Assembly: GCA_902554355.1 (NCBI GenBank)
Contig: CACDOC010000001.1
Span: forward strand, 3,839-67,838
Direction: 5' to 3'
Length of the DNA: 64,000 bases
Source of the DNA: an uncultured SAR86 cluster bacterium
Lineage (GTDB): Bacteria > Pseudomonadota > Gammaproteobacteria > Magnimaribacterales > Magnimaribacteraceae
Under the pieces are notes generated by a model. The model was not told the DNA's origin. It searched no databases and saw only the letters and a program-made list of their open reading frames with translations. A program made the translations under genes and the position numbers. This document shows, one piece after another, positions 63,383-64,000 of this stretch (position 1 is its first letter; each line of letters begins with the position of its first letter).

Positions 63383-64000
63383 GAAGAAGTCCTAGCATCT
63401 TATAACCCAAAAAATCGTCCGATATCTTTTCTTTAGGAGCACTTGGAAGGGATTTTATAGGGTAAGCCAATGGTGTCACCTCGCTCCTAATAGCCTGACC
63501 TACCTTGATGCCCGGTCTATCTACGCTAAAGTGAAATTTATCGTCACTCCTCTTGCTTCCATCTTCAAAAAATATAACTGTATGAACAATCCTATCTTCT
63601 TTTGAATTATTGGGTTTAGCTCTATGGAAAGTTAAGCCATGATGAAAGGATACATCTCCAATGTTTAGATTTTGATATTCAACTTCACTGTCTTTAATTT
63701 GAGGTATATCTTTTAGTTCTGAATCATCAACTTTTCCAGAAAAAATATTAATAAATTGACTTTCTTTTATTTGATGTGATCCAGGATAAAACCCCAATTG
63801 ACCATTCTTCTCTGATACGTCGCAGAAAGGGATCCATGCTGTAATGGTATTGGTTTCTTTTATTGGCCAATAAGGCTGATCATGATGAGGATCAGTTTCT
63901 CTACCTCCAGCTTCTTTAACTAACGCCTGGTCATGCCAAACTCTCAACTTGTTCACTCCTAACAAGTTAGAAGCTATCTCGCCTAACCTTTGATCAAAGG
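63372..64000 (-). CDS. phytanoyl-CoA dioxygenase (PhyH) family Fe(II)/2OG dioxygenase, 5' end outside the window
   Basis: The frame stays open to the window edge (...FDQRLGEIASNLLGVNKLRVWHDQALVKE). HxD in PHHDQPYWP and a distal FHHGLTFHRAKPN. Confidence 0.65.
   Translation of the reverse strand, partial: FDQRLGEIASNLLGVNKLRVWHDQALVKEAGGRETDPHHDQPYWPIKETNTITAWIPFCDVSEKNGQLGFYPGSHQIKESQFINIFSGKVDDSELKDIPQIKDSEVEYQNLNIGDVSFHHGLTFHRAKPNNSKEDRIVHTVIFFEDGSKRSDDKFHFSVDRPGIKVGQAIRSEVTPLAYPIKSLPSAPKEKISDDFLGYKMLGLLPKD

Noticed and set aside
1-64000. CRISPR arrays, tandem repeats, IS elements, rRNA or other structured RNA genes
   Set aside because: The intergenic space is too small: only three gaps exceed 200 nt. 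None of those three shows repeat-spacer periodicity, terminal inverted repeats or conserved RNA cores on visual inspection. A computational repeat scan would be needed to exclude short dispersed repeats.

Overview
This is a visibly AT-rich (about one-third G+C by eye, not computed), very gene-dense chromosomal segment with about 65 protein genes and 2 tRNAs. It contains no rRNA, CRISPR array, integrase, transposase, phage gene, or restriction/toxin-antitoxin/defence hallmark that I can recognise. The gene content and local synteny (hda-DUF2066-purM-purN-DUF3108, dnaX-recR, xseA, sppA, dcd, TonB-dependent receptors) fit a streamlined marine gammaproteobacterium; that taxonomic call is inference only.

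Layout:
- 1-10.2 kb: a periplasmic peptide/gamma-glutamyl scavenging neighbourhood (DASS symporter, two tandem gamma-glutamyltransferases, a beta-lactamase-fold hydrolase, S51 and M20 peptidases, tRNA-Asp).
- 10.4-15 kb: a Rieske oxygenase divergent from an Fe(3+) ABC importer, with a Fur-box-like palindrome between them.
- 15-19.2 kb: a six-gene translationally coupled operon of mostly uncharacterised proteins ending in an MFS transporter.
- 19.3-23.6 kb: three orphan proteins flanking tRNA-Val.
- 23.8-35.5 kb: an oxidative catabolic island centred on a TonB-dependent receptor (SDR, ACMSD-type amidohydrolase, Rieske + NTF2, Glo1-type glyoxalase, bicupin, amidohydrolase, MFS, Baeyer-Villiger monooxygenase).
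- 35.9-42 kb: an Atu-like acyl-CoA carboxylase/AtuA/crotonase operon.
- 42.9-64 kb: mainly housekeeping genes.

The best candidates for undescribed biology are the orphan genes around tRNA-Val, the six-gene operon, the regulator-less catabolic island plus the Atu-like module, and an A9 slippage site in dnaX. None of them can be assigned a mechanism from sequence alone. All family calls come from motif recognition by eye, and no database search was run.
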